From: Macrostomum lignano
Lineage: Eukaryota
Direction: 5' to 3'
Assembly (NCBI GenBank): GCA_002269645.1
Contig: NIVC01004080.1
Span: 1 to 61,530, forward strand
DNA: 61,530 nt
Part shown: one piece after another, positions 12,085 to 23,178 of the stretch
Layout: each line of letters opens with the position of its first letter
Position numbering within the stretch: the first letter of the stretch is position 1
The notes under the pieces: model-generated
Told to the model about the DNA's origin: nothing
Seen by the model: the letters and a program-made list of their open reading frames with translations, nothing else
Databases searched by the model: none
Program-made: the position numbers and the translations under genes

Positions 12085-12650
12085 TCTGCTTCCCGGCGTC
12101 CGCAAGGATCTGTGGCGTCGCCGCGGGCTTGCCTGGGCTGTCTGTCGTTCTTTGGGGGAAGTCCTGCAGTCCAGAGGCCTGTCCTGTACCTGACTGCCAG
12201 TGGGCAGCGTTGTTCCAGGTGGTGGTCGAGACCGTCCTGCTGTACAACGCTGAAACCTAGAGGCTGACGGATGCACTCGAGCAACACTTAGACGGGCCTT
12301 GGCGTTCCTGCTGCTCGCTGCCATCAAGATCGGCGATGGGGGAGTCACCAAATGCGGCACTGTATCGCCACCCCGGTCTGGTCCGCCCAAGCGACCTGAT
12401 GTGCGATCGGCGACTCCAGCTGGCGCCTCCATCCGCGCCACTACAGGCACCCTACTGGCTGGGATGTCGTCGACTTCCTGCTGGCTGACGCCGGCGCCCC
12501 GGATTCGGTCGGCGGCGTGGTCATCGTTCGCCACCTATCCCAGAGGCGCGCCCTGCGAGGCTGCCTTCTAATGACCCTGACAGTGTATTTTTACGAGCTA
12601 TTTGGTTGTTGTTACTGTTGTTGTTGTTGTTTTTGTTGTTGTCTCTAGTT
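12085..12650 (+). mobile_element. 5'-truncated, decayed non-LTR retrotransposon (RTE-like) 3' end with (GTT)n tail
   Basis: Broken reading frames give RRRGLAWAVCRSLGEVLQSRGL, AALFQVVVETVLLYNAET*RLTDALEQHLDG, DRRLQLA and LADAGAPDSVGGV. These resemble the C-terminus downstream of the RT domain in RTE-clade LINEs. There is an in-frame TAG, frameshifts, and a gttgttgtt tail at ~12604-12645. Confidence 0.75.
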
Positions 12651-13881
12651 GTCTCATTGGCTTGTTGTTCAAGCTTTGTTATTCTTTACGAGTACAAGCG
12701 ACAGAAGTTTTGCAATGTCAGCTAATCGTTTACCTCGTCGGTCTGGTTCCTGACGTTCGAAAGGCTTGCCTATAGTTTTGTGAGGGTGGGTCCTGCAGTC
12801 CGAGTACCACCAGTCCTTCGGAGGATGATACTGTAGTGTCGTTGACCCAGTTGGTGGTCGAGGCCGTACTACTTGAACGCTGACGAACGAGCTTAGTCCA
12901 ACGACCTTACTTACGCTTTCGCTGCGATACTTACGTTTTTGTGAGTTGTCCTTTTCTCAAAGATGCCCTTAAGATCAGCGACGACCGAATCTTATTGTCC
13001 GTAGACGGTGAAGGAGGTGCTGCTGACGCCGTATGCACCATACAAAGACCACTAGTGGTCCTTGACACCCCACCGTCGAGGACTGGCGCACATTCAGCAG
13101 GATTTGGTCGGCGACGCTGCCTACGAGTATGTTCGCGTTTGCGCTCAAGCCTGAGGTGCGGTCTGCACCGCTGCTCTCATTTACCTTAGGACCTGCGTGA
13201 CAGACAACGTATCTTGTTGCTGTTCATTAATAAAATCAGTTAATCAAGCAGTTAGGAATACTTCGTATGATGACTTCATAGACATGGCACCATCTGAGTT
13301 TGTCAAATCAACAGGCCATAAAAATTGTGATTCACACTGTTGATGAACTTTAAGTATTGATTGAGCGGAAAATTATGAGACAAGTCTGTCATATTGTGTA
13401 TTTTAGCATTTCAAGTTCCGCAGATACTATGAGTGTTGAGTTAATGGGTAGTAACTGTCATCTGCTAGTAGGAAGGACATCAATATCCTTAGTGACTAGT
13501 TAGAAAGAATGGATTTCTTTGAAGTCTAAATTCTTGTCGTTCAAGAAATTAAGAAAAAGGGCAAAATAAAAAGCGACTTTCAAGTGCCACCTGAACAGGA
13601 AACCCCATTTGTGTGAAGCCTAAAATTGTTTGGCGAAATTTCCGGAAAACATCGCTCCCATTTAATGGGAAGCATACGAGCTAAAATTTTGAGTGGCTTG
13701 CGAATTTTGCAGTATTCCAGTGCAGAGCTCCCATAAATGGGAAGCATGTAGGGCCGGCGAATCCTGCAGTATTCCTGTGCAGAGCTCCCATAAATGTGAA
13801 TCCTTTAGGTAATTTTGACTTCACTACAGAGCCTCGGTCAGGACACAATGCAGCAGGAGAGCTCTTATCTTATGTGAGAGC

Positions 13882-13946
13882 GCGCGCACAAAACGTAGCG
13901 TTATCGTGGGGGCCGCCTGGTCTATAAATACAACAGGGCTGCGCGC
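13882..13946 (+). promoter_or_regulatory. Core promoter of the metallothionein-like gene: TATA box and two MRE-consensus sites
   Basis: TATAAAT at 13923..13929. TGCRCNC matches at 13882..13888 (minus strand) and 13940..13946 (plus strand). ATG at 14035. Confidence 0.6.
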
Positions 13947-14034
13947 TGCCTCTGAGCCAAGGACAGCAAAGCAGATACTCCTGTTTTCCTCTACTTCCAA
14001 GTGATTGCTCTACGCCACCCGACTATCAATAGCT

Positions 14035-14352
14035 ATGGAGAAGCCTACCTGCATCAATTGCAAGCGCGATTGCGAGGCCTGCGAGTGCGAGACTTGCATC
14101 TGCGAGAAATGCGAGTGCGACACCTGCGAGTGCGACCATTGCGAGTGCGACAACTGCGAGTGCGAGACCTGCGACTGCACGGACGGTACCTGCAAGTGCG
14201 GCCAAAGCAAGTGCAGCAATGCCACCTGCAAGAATGCCACGTGCAAGATCAACGACCGTAGGACCTGCGTGTGCAAGACCTGCGTGTGCAAGACCTGCGT
14301 GTGCAAGACCTGCAAGTGCGAGACCTGCGTGTGCTGCAAGACATGCAAGTGA
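14035..14352 (+). CDS. Metallothionein-like protein, 105 aa with 34 Cys, intronless
   Basis: MEKPTCINCKRDCEACECETCICEKCECDTC...CVCKTCKCETCVCCKTCK. It has CxC/CxxC motifs, no aromatic residues and no signal peptide. TATA and MRE motifs lie upstream and AATAAA is at 14571. Confidence 0.8.
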   Translation: MEKPTCINCKRDCEACECETCICEKCECDTCECDHCECDNCECETCDCTDGTCKCGQSKCSNATCKNATCKINDRRTCVCKTCVCKTCVCKTCKCETCVCCKTCK

Positions 14353-15049
14353 AGAAACTGGACCGAGAGACCACATGCTACCAGTGACTTCAGCCTTCCC
14401 GTGACTTGAAACGCTAGGGATCCCCAAATTACTTTAAATATGTGTTCCGAGATTTACCTATACAAAAGGACTACAAAATTACATATTGTTTTTTTTATTC
14501 GAGCCTGTTAATAACTCATCAATGCTTCAATAATTTTGACAGATTAAGAACAAATTGCTTAAAGACAACAAATAAACTACCAAAGTAATTATATTAAAGG
14601 GTCTACCTACTGCAAACATTACACAGGTCTCATCTTATTAGCTTAATTGATATCGTTTGAAGCTTATGCCCATTTACACATTCAACATCGGCTTACATGT
14701 ACATAATACTCACGTAAATGTGCTCACGATGAAGTCGCTAGAGTAATGAATTGAAGGCGACGAGATCTTCGGCGAGGTGGCACCCAACTAATAGTCGTAG
14801 AAGCCGCGGATATTAGAATATATACATTTACAAGGTTTGCGAAACCCTAAGCATCTTACCTTCGTTCCTTCATTTTTGTTCTGGGAAGATAGAAGTCGGT
14901 TAATTTTGGCTTGTTCTGGCTTCTGCTGAATAAACGCTCGTTTTTTACTACTTGCGCAGTCAATAGCGACGTTCATTATATATTTTCCTAAATTTCCAAT
15001 AATCTAAAAAAACAAATTTTGGGGTTCGTTCTTTCTTCTATAAAGCTCT

Positions 15050-15127
15050 GCTGCTTCCTAATGACTAGCTGAACGACCTTCTGCGCCGTGATCGGTGGTT
15101 CGAGACTTCGAGTTGGCAGCGACTTTT
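15050..15127 (+). pseudogene. Degenerate tRNA-like sequence (possible TCT anticodon) or SINE head
   Basis: 72-nt stretch with GCTGC...GCAGC terminal pairing, ACGAC-CTTCTGC-GCCGT stem-loop, GGTTCGAGAC B-box-like motif and a TTTT tract after it. D and T stems pair poorly. Confidence 0.3.
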
Positions 15128-16526
15128 CCGCGCTGAGCCATACCACCCACAGCCTGATGTATAACATGCTGTTGCTAATGCTGCAGCTACTCTTCCAACG
15201 AGGACAGACAGAGGGTTACACCTGCCTCCTGGGCTCTGTCTCACTATGACGCATGACGGCGATGTGACCTATATAATAGATACTTTCTCATCCAGGCCTC
15301 GTGTCATGCCACTCTGATTTTCAGAATAATTGTTTGAGTATCAACTTACTTGGTTTCGATTTTTCACGATTGGATGCTCCAAACATCTAATTAACGTCTG
15401 ACTCATCAATCCTCCCGTTTGACCCATTGGACTAAATTTTAAAGTTATGCATAAAGAAATTAGGTGGTTGAAGAACTACAGAACGTTCCAATTGGCAAAA
15501 TTTTTCGTCGAAAAATCGAATTTTCATAATCAAATTTTAAACTCAACTAAAGCAAGCATCCAGATCTTCATTGGTGCGAGTTTTAGTCAATTTCAGTTTT
15601 CGCGTCTAGTTATAACAAAAACAAAATTAGGCACGTGTTCAAATTCGCAACCATACAACATTTTTTATAACTTAATGATAAATTCTAATATATCATGCTT
15701 ATGTTGATTATTATAAAAATGAAATTAAAAAAGCTCCTACTTAATATCATACCATATCATACCATCGTTTTAGGGGCTGCTCTGGACCTGTATTGTATTT
15801 TTATGTGTTGGTAAATTAGTATAATATTAAATTAGTGTAGCCTAACTTTAATCCACTAAATTTTGGACAATTGGTCTATTGGCATCCAACAGTTGTTCTA
15901 CTAACTGCAAGTCCTTGCTCTGTATAAGGTATTATGATTATATTTTATAATTTAGGTTCATAGGTAATACATTGTATCAAAGATAGGCTTATCATTACTC
16001 CTTAGTTTTAAAAGGCCATCTTATACTAATATACATAATAGGCCTAGTCTATTTATATCTAAGCTAGGCCTCCTTACCCTTGTAAACAAGATTAGGTCTA
16101 AGCTAGCCTACATAAGACATAATTCTAATTTCTAACAAATAGCCAAACATAGTATAATAGGCTCTTATTAATTAATAATTTAATATTAGGCTATATAGTT
16201 AAATTGTGTTTTATATATTTGAATTCATATCATAAACCAATTATAATACAATACCTATTACAGTCTATACCTTATGCCTGTGGCTATGCCATGGTCTATT
16301 TATTTAACTATTTTCCATTTGCAATTATCTAATATTAAAAATTTCAAGTTTAAACAAGTTATAATAAATAAAATTAGAATTATTAGAATCTAACAGATTC
16401 AAATCATATGTATTGTTTTGTTTCATTAATTCAATAGGCCTATTCACTTTTCAACTAGGCTTGGGCCTATACTAATAAAGTCTATGTTATATACTTAAAG
16501 CTATATTATAAATAGGCTTTTTATGT

Positions 16527-17175
16527 GGCTTCCAGTCAATTCGGCGACAAGCCAATTCGGCGACAACCAATTCGGCGACAAGTCAGTTTGGCGACAGCCA
16601 ATTTGGCGAATGCTAATTAAGGCGAATTAAGGCGGATCATTGCATAAAGCTACTATAAGTCATTAAATTTTACATATGTATAGTTGTATACGCATAGCCA
16701 TTCAACCCTGACCATTTATTATAGAAAAATTGTTTTAACTATGTCAAATCGCACATTTTCAAAAAAGTTTATAACATTTTATGCTTTCCACAGAGACATT
16801 AGGCATGGCATATGCTGGGGGGATACATGGACATGTATACCATTTTCCCACCTGACCCAACATAATAGGCTTAAATAGTTTGATGGTTGGTTATTTAGGA
16901 TTATTATTATATTTTATATTTACAATAATATACTAGGTTGGTTTGCAGCATTTGTCAAGAAAAAATTGCCACTAAATTGCTACCGATCGCCATTGATTTG
17001 CTGGCGGCTTTTCAAGAGGGAAATTCTTGTACTTGTATCTCAACATTTGTTTTACTGAAATACGTTTGACATTTAAAACCAGTAAAAAGCCTGTCGCCAA
17101 ACTGACTGTCGCCGAATTGACTTGTCGCCGAATTGGCTGTTGCCGAGTTAACCTGTCGCCAAATTAACTGGTTCC
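16527..17175. mobile_element. Non-autonomous MULE-like MITE, about 650 bp
   Basis: The left end has tandem aattcggcgaca units (16527-16610) and the right end has the inverse tgtcgccgaatt units (17090-17175). Flanks tttttatgt (16518-16526) and cttctatgt (17176-17184) match at 7 of 9 positions, consistent with a 9-bp TSD. Confidence 0.75.
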
Positions 17176-18110
17176 CTTCTATGTTATCTAGATAAATTTA
17201 TAGAATTTAAAGTTATGCTTTTGTTTTGATATCATATATGATATAAATTAAAAAGCAAATATAAATATGGATTTTACTATATGAATAATGAATATTTATA
17301 TTGTTTTAGCAAAAGGTATTATGACTAGTCTCAAAATAGTAGAATTTTTTGTTTTTTTATGTATTAATAATATTTAACTAAAGTTTCCTCTTACAAATGA
17401 TAATTTAAATTAAAAAAATAAGAAAATAAAATTTATATATTTCTATCTAGCTAGGCCTATAGCTAATAAGCCATAAATCAAATCAAATATCATTTAAAAA
17501 CATGAAATAGTTTTATCTTGATTAGATCTAGTAGCTAAATAATATATTTAAGTATTTTGTTCTTTATCTTTTTATATAGACTAGATTATACTAATAAAAA
17601 GCAATAAAAAGCAATAAAAAAGCAATTTGTTACTTAATAGAATAAATTAGTATTAAAACCAAAAATTTTATTCCTTTTACCATGTGTTGATTTTCTTAGT
17701 TTTTTGTTATATTTAGAATATACATATCAATTTTTAAAAAATGTACTAGGCCATCTCATTAGTAACTAATAGGTTGATATCAGCATAGATTAATCATATT
17801 ATGACAGCTTCATACTTAAATAGCAACTTGAATTTGCATTGTCAATAGATTAAAAATGGTTAAATGATTCTAAAGCTTCTATAGTGCATAGTTGTCTTCT
17901 TAAACCTAAAGCTTAATGTTCTCAATATCAGTACCACTCTTAATTTTTAGAATATATTTAGTATATTTGGTTGTATGAACTAGTTGACCACTTGGGCATG
18001 CATATGAGGAAGCATTGGCATCCATTGTGCTTGACTATTGTCACTTTTGGTACCTGAGAATTTTCCCTTTGATACTTGACAACACCGATGACCTTCAGGC
18101 GGCCCAGTCC

Positions 18111-20832
18111 ATGTTCGTGGTGCTGGTGCACCCCAGCCTGAAGCTGTTCGTCCGCGCCCTCAACTCCCTTGCTCGGCTGGGCGACGAGCTCTACCTGGAG
18201 TTCGACACTACCGGAGTCCTGGCCAAGACCGTCAACTCCGGCCGCTCCGCCTACGCCGAGTTCACCTTCCAGCCCGAGTTCTTCCACCGCCACTGCCTGG
18301 CTGACGCCTCCGACCGGCCCGAGGAGTCGCTGCGCTGCAAAATTCCCGTCAAAGCCTACAGGCAGACGTTTCGGTCGCTGGGCCACATCGACCGATCTGT
18401 GGAGCGGTGCCGCATCGAGCTGGACGGACCGGCCAGGCGGCTTACGGTGGGTGCTTCTCGCATGCAGATAACCCGGTGAAAACGATTCCTAGGCTAAGAA
18501 AGCGTCCCAGAGTCACCTGCATCGCCGCAGAGTCGTTGCAGCTAAATTTCCAAGAAGCGACTCTAAAACGACAAGATGTCACGGTACAAGTTGCCAAAAG
18601 AGTCGCCTGAGAGCCAAGTTGAGAGGTTTGATTGCCTGCGACTCTGAAACGAATTTGGAACGACTCTGGGGCTACTTGAGCTAGCAAAACGAATTTGGAA
18701 CGACTCTGGGGCTACTTGAGCTAGCAAAACGAATTTGGAATGACTCTGGGGCTACTTGAGCTAGTAAAACGAATTTGGAACGACTCTGGGGCTACTTGAG
18801 CTAGTAAAACGAATTTGGAACGACTCTGGGGCTACTTGAGCTAGTAAAACGAATTTGGAACGACTCTAGGGCTACTTGAGCTAGTAAAACGAATTTGGAA
18901 GGACTCTGGGGCTACTTGAGCTAGTAGAAAGTTAACCGCTAACACAGTAAACTCTTGGACCACTTTTTTATGCGACTCTTACGATTCTGCAACTCGCGTG
19001 AGGCGCTCGTGACTCAACTGTTGCCTCTCTGTCGCATTGCAGTCGTTTGAGTCACACCAGAGTCGCTAGAGTCACCAGTGAGTTGTTTGCTATGAATCTT
19101 TAGCTTTAGATTGTTGTGTCACGGTAACGTTTTCAAGGGGTAATCCGAAATTTACCACTAATCTTGTCCGGTTTTTATCCCACTAATGATGGCCTTGTAC
19201 TAACCGCGGCCAGCTCTGCTTAACTTGGAACCCCGGCGCCTATCGCAGGTGCAATTCCAGTGCCGCATGGGCATCAGCAAGCTGCACCAGCTGTACGTGC
19301 TGGAGTGCGAGTGCCTGCAGGCGGTGGTCCCGCTGCCAACCGGCCGCTTCACCCGCCTGTCCATCCGGCCGAAGCTGCTGGCCGACCTGGTGATGCAGAA
19401 TTTCCAGACCTCCCAGGAGGAGCTGACGGTGACCTGCCAGCCCCGGGCCTGCGTCATCTGCAGCTACTGCGACAACGGCGTGCCGGCTGCCGGCTCCGTG
19501 CAGACTTCGCTCAGCCTTCGGCCGGACGAGTTTCACGAATACCGGCCGTCCGGGTCCAAGGGTGTCACCTTCTGCCAGCGGGAGCTCCGCTGCCTCCTCA
19601 TGTTTGGCGACTGGCAGGTGCGACCTTGTCTCGTTTGCAGGATCCGCTGTTAGAACTCGCCCTCTCTATTAGAATCCGCCCTCTCTTTTAGAATCCGCCC
19701 ACTCTATTAGAATCCTCCCACTCTATTAGAATCCTCCCACTCTATTAGAATCCTCCCACTCTATAAGAATCCACCCTCTCTATAAGAATCCACCCTCTCT
19801 ATTAGAATCCGCCTACTCTATTAGAATCCGCCCCTGTTAGTATCCGTCCCCTGTTAGAGTCCACCCCTATTAAAATCCACCTCTGATCCACCCTTAAAAT
19901 CCACCCTCTATTAGGATCCGCCTCTGGTAAAATCAACCCTCTATTAGGATCCGCCCCCTCCTTATTAGAATCAGCCCCCTCCTTATTAAAATGTGCCCCC
20001 TACTTTTTAGAATCCGCCCCTCCTTATTAGAATCCGCCCCAGCACGCCGATCTCCAATGAGCCGTCGCCCCCACCAAACTCCCAGGCGCCGGCCTCATTC
20101 CCCCTGGAGATCGAATTCGAGCGGCCCGGCCGCCCTGTCCAGTTCCACTACCGCTGCCCGGAGATGGCTTTTGAAGGCCGCTACGTGCTGTCCACCCTGG
20201 CCGAGCCTCAGTCGGCCTCCGCGACCGGCCGCAGCGCCGGGCCGATCTCGGACACCGAGTCCGAGCTGAAGGCCGACCCCGGCTCCCAGCTGACCGTCAC
20301 GACATCGTCCCTGACGGACGGACCTTCGAGCCGGCGGCAGCGCCACCAGCCAGCCAGCCGGAATCAGAAGCGGCCGGCCGCCGCGCTTCTGTCGCCTTCG
20401 CCGACTTCCCGAGCCTCTCAGAGCAGCAGCGGCCCCCGATCCGCGGTGCTGGAGAATCTGCCGCCACCGGCGCCGCGACAGCCTGCCGCCTTCGCCGAGG
20501 AGGAGGAGGAGGAAGATGACGAAGGCGACGAGACCATCGGCCCGGAGGACGTGGCGGCGGCGGCGGCGGCCTCTGCGTCGTCCCGCGGAGGCCGCAAGCC
20601 GCTGCTGTCGATGCTGCAGGCCGATTCGCCAGAGCAGCAGCCGGACAGTCCGGCCAGTGACGCCCAGCAGCAGCCGCTGTGGTCGCCGCACTCGCCCGTC
20701 TTCGGCGGACCTCCGCCTGGCCGATTTGCCGACCGCCGGGCCGCCGGCGGCTGTCGCGAGCGGCAGAGGCGGCCGCCGGCTCCACTGTCGACCTCTCGAA
20801 TTCTGGTGCCGGACTCGGACGGCGAGGACTGA
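18111..20832 (+). CDS. RAD9: RAD9 checkpoint clamp subunit (9-1-1 complex), about 483 aa, 3 exons
   Basis: Exons 18111..18446, 19249..19617 and 20086..20832, with both introns GT-AG and phase 0. Motifs LARLGDELYLE, TVNSGRSAYAEF, LRCKIPVK, ECECLQAV, VTFCQRELR, FERPGRP and FEGRYVLSTL align with Rad9. The acidic C-terminal LVPDSDGED resembles the Rad9 TopBP1-binding phosphosite tail. Confidence 0.95.
18472..19140. mobile_element. MITE-like element in RAD9 intron 1 with TAA flanks
   Basis: Ends CCCGGTGAAAACG and CGTTTTCAAGGGG form an imperfect inverted repeat. TAA is present on both sides (18469-71 and 19141-43). Confidence 0.5.
18647..18925. repeat. 40-bp tandem repeat, about 7 copies
   Basis: Unit aaaacgaatttggaacgactctggggctacttgagctagt. 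Confidence 0.95.
19650..20040. repeat. Degenerate ~19-21-bp minisatellite in RAD9 intron 2
   Basis: Repeated ttagaatccgccc(t/a)ctcta. Confidence 0.9.
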
Positions 20833-21159
20833 CGCAGAGTTCCCGAGTCAATTTTGTAGCATTTGAATCGCTGGCATTTCACCATAGCGGTTTTTTTCTT
20901 GTCTTTTTTGACACTTGGGTTTTGTTGGTCACTTTTTTTGTTTGCTCTCAGCTCCCTTATTCCAGCTTGCCGTCTACTTCCAGTAGTGCAGTTTTCGCGT
21001 TCGCATTTTTAAATCTTAAAATATAAAACATGGCTTAAAGTTTAGCGAAATTTGGTTTTAACTTTTAATTTTTTGTTACGCTCGCTTTGGCCTACTGGTT
21101 TGAATTGAGCTTGTTGAGGACATGGGTTTTTAGCCAGATGCGTCACTGGGTATCACGGC

Positions 21160-23078
21160 ACCACCCCAATCACAGTGCCACCCCCCAATCACAGTGCCAC
21201 CCCCCAATCACAGTGCCACCCTCCAACCACAGTGCCACCCCCAATCACAGTGCCACCACCCCAATCACAGTGCCACCCCCCAATCACAGTGCCACCACCC
21301 CAATCACAGTGCCACCACCCCAATCACAGTGCCACCCCCCAATCACAGTGCCACCCTCCAACCACAGTGCCACCCCCAATCACAGTGCCACCACCCCAAT
21401 CACAGTGCCACCCCCCAATCACAGTGCCACCACCCCAATCACAGTGCCACCACCCCAATCACAGTGCCACCACCCCAATCACAGTGCCACCCTCCAACCA
21501 CAGTGCCACCCCCCAATCACAGTGCCACCCTCCAACCACAGTGCCACCCCCCAATCACAGTGCCACCCCCAATCACAGTGCCAGCCACCCAATCACAGTG
21601 CCACTACCCAATCACAGTGCCAGCCACCCAATCACAGTGCCACCCCCAATCACAGTGCCAGCCACCCAATCACAGTGCCAGCCCCCCCCCCCCAATCACA
21701 GTGCCAGCCACCCAATCACAGTGCCACTACCCAATCACAGTGCCAGCCACCCAATCACAGTGCCACCCCCAATCACAGTGCCAGCCACCCAATCACAGTG
21801 CCACCCCCAATCACAGTGCCAGCCACCCAATCACAGTGCCACCACCCCAATCACAGTGCCACCCTCCAACCACAGTGCCACCCCCCAATCACAGTGCCAC
21901 CCTCCAACCACAGTGCCACCCCCCAATCACAGTGCCACCCTCCAACCACAGTGCCACCCCCCAATCACAGTGCCACCCCCAATCACAGTGCCAGCCACCC
22001 AATCACAGTGCCACTACCCAATCACAGTGCCAGCCACCCAATCACAGTGCCACCCCAATCACAGTGCCAGCCACCCAATCACAGTGCCACCCCCAATCAC
22101 AGTGCCAGCCACCCAATCACAGTGCCACCACCCAATCACAGTGCCACCCTCCAACCACAGTGCCACCCCCAATCACAGTGCCACCCTCCAACCACAGTGC
22201 CACCCCCCAATCACAGTGCCACCTCCAACCACAGTGCCACCCCCCAATCACAGTGCCACCCCCAATCACAGTGCCAGCCCCCCCCCAATCACAGTGCCAG
22301 CCACCCAATCACAGTGTCACTACCCAATCACAGTGCCAGCCACCCAATCACAGTGCCACTACCCAATCACAGTGCCAGCCACCCAATCACAGTGCCACCC
22401 CCAATCACAGTGCCAGCCACCCAATCACAGTGCCACCCTCCAACCACAGTGCCACCCTCCAACCACAGTGCCACCCTCCAATCACAGTGCCACCCCTAAT
22501 CACAGTGCCACCCCCCAATCACAGTGCCAGCCACCCAATCACAGTGCCACCCCCAATCACAGTGCCAGCCACCCAATCACAGTGCCACCCTCCAACCACA
22601 GTGCCACCCTCCAATCACAGTGCCACCCCTAATCACAGTGCCACCCCCCAATCACAGTGCCAGCCACCCAATCACAGTGCCACCCCCAATCACAGTGCCA
22701 GCCACCCAATCACAGTGCCACCCCCAATCACAGTGCCAGCCCCCCCCCCAATCACAGTGCCAGCCACCCAATCACAGTGCCAGCCACCCAATCACAGTTC
22801 CAGCCACCCAATCACAGTGCCACCCCCAATCACAGTGCCACCCCCAATCACAGTGCCAGCCACCCAATCACAGTGCCACCCCCAATCACAGTGCCAGCCC
22901 CCCCCAATCACAGTTCCAGCCACCCAATCACAGTGCCAGCCACCCAATCACAGTTCCAGCCACCCAATCACAGTGCCACCCCCAATCACAGTGCCAGCCA
23001 CCCAATCACAGTTCCAGCCACCCAATCACAGTGCCACCCCCAATCATAGTGCCAGCCCCCAATCTCGGTGCCACCCCT
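21160..23078. repeat. ~18-20-bp minisatellite of about 1.9 kb between RAD9 and RIC8
   Basis: Unit core ccaatcacagtgcca followed by variable C-runs. Confidence 0.97.
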
Positions 23079-23178
23079 GTCGAATAAGCCGCAGACAGAG
23101 TGGCAGCTTCGCCAGGCGCCACTACTAACAGTAGCATGTAAAAACTCCTCTGCCATCAGTTGCAGCCCTATCGACGCC

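Noticed and set aside
12941-13189. 82-aa ORF downstream of the LINE relic
   Set aside because: GTG start and no family resemblance or splice support.
21087-23128. 470-644-aa Pro/His/Gln-rich ORFs resembling mucin or extensin
   Set aside because: All three frames give the same permuted peptide, which is the signature of a stop-free minisatellite.
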